Position numbers and translations under genes: made by a program. A stretch of DNA of 64,000 nucleotides from the NCBI RefSeq assembly GCF_902713615.1, contig NC_052173.1:12410152-12474151 (forward strand), in the 5' to 3' direction. Below are positions 60,366 to 64,000 of this stretch, piece by piece. The notes under the pieces were generated by a model. That model had not been told where the DNA came from and did no database searches. It saw only the letters and a program-made list of their open reading frames with translations. This stretch comes from Scyliorhinus canicula (Eukaryota). Position 1 is the stretch's first letter; each line of letters opens with the position of its first letter.

Positions 60366-61299
60366 GATTCCCCTCCCTTTCTTTACAGCTTCAGAAAAGA
60401 AATCAAGAGCACCTTATTTCATCTAAACAAATGGAAACAAAGTTATGTGTTTCAACATTATAGATCCCACATTCCCTCAACCATATTTATATACACATAA
60501 TTACAAAGCAAAGATTAGTTTTCCATTTTGTTATTATAGTACAAGCTGCCGCTCCTCCAATACATTCAGCAATTCCCCGGAGCAGACATTTCGTTTTGTA
60601 AAGCAGTCTGATAAGTGGTAACTTGTATAAATCTATCGTATCTTAGAAATCTCCCTTCTTTCAAACATTTAAGCTAGCTAGGTCTATTCTTAGCCTGTTT
60701 TCAGTGACTGTTTCATTGAATGGACATTGTCCCACAGGAATCGGTTACCAAAATAGCACTCGAGATGCAGACTTTCCACATCTTGTCCCATGTACAATAT
60801 TTCTGTCAGTATATTAGACAAGGAAACCTCCATATCTATGGCTTCAACCAATGCCAGAGTTTTTGCAGTTAAAGTGTTTTTCTTTACCCTTTAAATTTTC
60901 TTGACCTCCCAAGCCAAAGCGAACATTTGTTGTTTTTTTCGACCAAAGATATACTGAACCCTGCAGTGCTTGAGTACCCATCTGGAAAAAAGCTTCACTA
61001 AAGATTACCAATCTCATATCATCTGGCCCACCGGGGGCTGGGAACTTGAGTGTGCATTTCTCCAAGTTAAGTTTCTTTAATATTTTGTTTGCTTTCAAAA
61101 CTTCCTCTACCATGGCATGCTTTATCATAATACTCTGCTCCAACACGTCATAACTGGTATCAGGTCTAATCTGAGTACTTAACCAGTTCAACTGCCCAAT
61201 TAAACAATTGATGGGTTTCTTCCTTGGACTGCTGACTCCCCCTTTTGTGAAGATCTGATCTGATTTATTGGGATGCAACTAACATTTTCCAGATAGGAT

Positions 61300-61568
61300 T
61301 GTTGGTTCAATTCCCCACTGGGTCACTGTCTGTGCGGAGTCTGCATGTTCTCCCCGTGTCTGCGTGGGTTTCCTCCAGGTGCTCCGGTTTCCTCCCACAG
61401 TCCAAAGACGTGCAGGTTAGGTGGATTGGCCATGATAAATTGCCCTTAGTGACCAAAAAGGTTAGGAGGGGTTATTGGGCTACGGGGATGGGGTGGAAGT
61501 GAGGGCTTAAGTGGGTCGGTGCAGACTCGATGGGCCGAATGGCCTCCTTCTGCACTGTATGTTCTATG
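61300..61568 (+). mobile_element. HE1-like SINE (type C, 5'-truncated) inside copia RT
   Basis: Consensus match with 34700-35027. Confidence 0.85.
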
Positions 61569-62458
61569 TCACTCCTGACTTGCTTTCCTTAATATTCAAA
61601 CCTATGTATTTAAAAGCTCCTGAAGCCTTGAACTCCTTGATTTTATTAATCACCCATTGTTCAAATTCTACCGAACTTCCCCACAAAAAACATCATCCAC
61701 ATGCATAATGAAGATTCCTGCTAGTCTCTCCTCGTTATACCAATAGAACATCGCAAGGTCTGTTTTTAACTGGAAACAACCCAATTTCAACAAGACCAAC
61801 CTCATGGAAAAATACCAGACTCTTGATGCACTGTTTAATCCATAAATACACTTGTGTAATTTCCACAGATTTCCTTCTATATTAGAGGCTTCTTGAGGTG
61901 GTTTCAAAACTATTTCAGTCAAAAACGCTGTCTTGATATCTATCAATCTACACTTCCAGGAGTAGGATGCCAAAATGGCCAAAAGAATCTTCCAGCTTAC
62001 TTCCCCACACAGTAAGGGAGTCCACTCTGATAGCTTGATCCCCAAGTCTTTCCTGAAAACCTCAAGCTGCCAGTCTAGCTTTAGGCTTTTTTGTGCCGGC
62101 AGGGAGCAATTTAAGTATCTACTCCAAATTCTTTGCAACTTTCTAGCTCTTTTTGTTTGACCTCTTATCAGCTTATCATCCAACTTATTGGCAGCTCCTA
62201 AAACGTCTCTATCGTGGGGGCTCCTACTTCTAGTAACATTTCTAGTTTGTTCTATAGTCTTCTTTCTGGTCAAGCTACGAGCCCCCCTTCTCCTTTCCTG
62301 GTCTGCTGCTACACGATCTTTCCCGTATGTGACCAGAGTCCTGTCTGCAAGTCCGAAATCTTTCTCTGGTGTCACCACCCTTCTGGGTCACTGTCACAAC
62401 TTATACTGCACTTTCTGCCCTTCCACTTTTTTACCTCTTTAATTTCCTGATCTTCATT

Positions 62459-62772
62459 GGGCGGCACGGTAGCACAGTGGTTAGCACTGTTGCTTCACAG
62501 CTCCAGGGTCCCAGGTTCGATTCCAGGCTTGGGTCACTGTCTGTGTGGAGTCTGCATGTTCTCCCCGTGTCTGCGTGGGTTTCCTCCGGGTGCTCCGGTT
62601 TCCTCCCACAAGTCCCGAAAGACGTGCTGTTAGGTGAATTGGACATTCTGAATTCTCCCTCTGTGACCCGAACAGGCGCTGGAATGTGGCGACTAGGGGA
62701 TTTTCACAGTAACTTCATTGCAGTGTTAATGTAAGCCCACTTGTGACAATAATAAAGATTATTATTATTATT
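62459..62772 (+). mobile_element. V-SINE type B inside the copia relic
   Basis: Full head, core and tail, ending aataaagattattattatta. Confidence 0.88.
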
Positions 62773-62811
62773 CTGCATGTTTAACCAATGTTTCTATTTA
62801 CTAGTGGCCTT

Positions 62812-63644
62812 TGTTATGGGCCAGGGTTTAGAGAACCGCAACGTGTATCATGGAGTTCACATGACTCACAACGTTTGATAGATTGTGGTTATGGAGAGCA
62901 CACGGGCCTACTTTACAGGTGTGATGCAACAGAGAGCTAAAGTACTTTTAAATTAAAGCAATGTTTATTTATGAAACCAGTTAACACTTTATAAACCCAA
63001 TCATCCCCACAGATACAATATTCTATAAGTAACCCTTAATCTTTCCTTGCAACATCCATACGACAAATACCCTCTTCAACACAGACATCAGGTTTAAATT
63101 CTCTACTGAGAACAGTTATCACTTTTAAATTAGTAAGTGATTTGAAGACATTCCTTTCATGCAGAAAGAAATCAGAATAACACCTGGTTTTGCTGGATGC
63201 AGCTCCCAATCTGCAAAACTAAACTAAACACAATGTAGCTGCCAGCTCAAAACCAAAATTAAAGCAGATAGCCAGCCCAGCTCCACCCACACTCTGACAT
63301 CACTGCAGCTATTTGGCAAACACCAATTTCTTAAAGACACACTCACTACAGCTATTTGATAAACACCCATTTCTTTTTTTTATATATATTTTAAATTTAG
63401 AGTACCCAATTATTTTTTCCAATTAAGGGGCAATTTAACGTGGCCAATCCACCTAGCCTGCACATCTTTTGGGTCGTGGGGGTGAAACTCACGCAAACAC
63501 GGGGAGAATGTGCAAACTCCACATGGACAGTGACACAGAGCCAGGATTCGAACCCGGGTCCTCAGCGCCGTAGGCAACAATGGTAACCACTGTGCCACCG
63601 TGCTGCCCCAAACACTCATTTCTTAAAGGTACTCGCACATGACA
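62812..63644. mobile_element. Solo LTR (TGTTAT...ATGACA) inserted in the copia relic, containing a type A SINE (63376-63609, minus)
   Basis: TG..CA termini with imperfect 4-bp TSD cctt/catt. Removing it restores the copia frame GRAGKAT. SINE TSD aaacac(c/t)catttctt. Confidence 0.7.
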
Positions 63645-64000
63645 CATTTCCTGCTCTTCCTATGATGGCTGCATCCCTCCACACTTGGGTAGTTGTTCTT
63701 TTGAATAAATAGCCTTATCCTGCACTTCAGTGTTATTTTGTTCATCAATCAATTCTTTATTTGCCGTAGTCAGTGCCTCATAATTGCCCATTATGTGCAT
63801 ATGTGAAGTGAACAGGGCCTCTTCATTCTCTACATCTTGTTCAGAATTTGTAAAGGTACAGTTAGTGCCAGTCAACTTTGAATTATGACCCTAGTTCCTC
63901 AGGGTAGTGCTCTAGGCCTAACGATCTTCATCAATGATCTTCCTTCCATCATAAGGTCAGAAGTGGGGATGTTTGCTGATGACTGCGCAATGTGCAGCAC

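Larger units (their letters stand above)
60128..63890 (-). mobile_element. Ty1/copia LTR retrotransposon relic (RT, RNase H, PPT, 3' LTR) with nested insertions
   Basis: IDIKTAFL, LWKLHKCIYGLNSASRVWY, IMHVDD, LIGQLNW...RPD, VIFS(E)A and LSDCFTK motifs. PPT aaagaaagggagggga next to an LTR at 60128-60365 (TGTCAATGT...ATATTAACA). Confidence 0.85.

Noticed and set aside
4267-63609. tRNA genes and the many recurring 60-180-aa ORFs (e.g. [43 protein letters not shown])
   Set aside because: All are SINE heads or bodies. A/B boxes are present but there is no complete cloverleaf, and each continues into SINE core.

Overview
This is vertebrate genomic DNA, almost certainly elasmobranch (shark, probably catshark-like, inferred from the HE1/V-SINE-type and Deu-domain SINEs and the protein sequences). 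It contains three protein-coding genes. (1) A canonical single-coding-exon ZC3H10 on + (23219-24421, 400 aa, three CCCH fingers). (2) A diverged but intact ZC3H10 paralog on - (5454-7100, 548 aa). Its first finger has been amplified four times as a 159-bp tandem unit, giving six CCCH fingers. The two copies lie head-to-head and share homologous 5' non-coding exon, splice acceptor and proximal 3' UTR sequence, so this is a DNA-level inverted duplication and not a retrocopy. (3) A complete four-exon MIP/aquaporin-0 on - (join 54157-53798, 46387-46223, 44442-44362, 42780-42595; 263 aa). It has AQP1-like residues (F23, T149, C181) and lacks H40 and S235. The rest of the window is dense with mobile DNA. 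This includes a full-length frameshifted L1 with a 15-bp TSD, a Tx1-like LINE nested in a SINE, CR1/L2 fragments and about 25 tRNA-derived SINEs with three different tails. It also includes Penelope-like remnants with minimal hammerhead-ribozyme motifs, a Ty1/copia relic with 3' LTR/PPT and a nested solo LTR, a tandemly amplified Deu-SINE core in MIP intron 1, and two minisatellites. All comparisons with other species are from memory and by-eye alignment; no searches were run.
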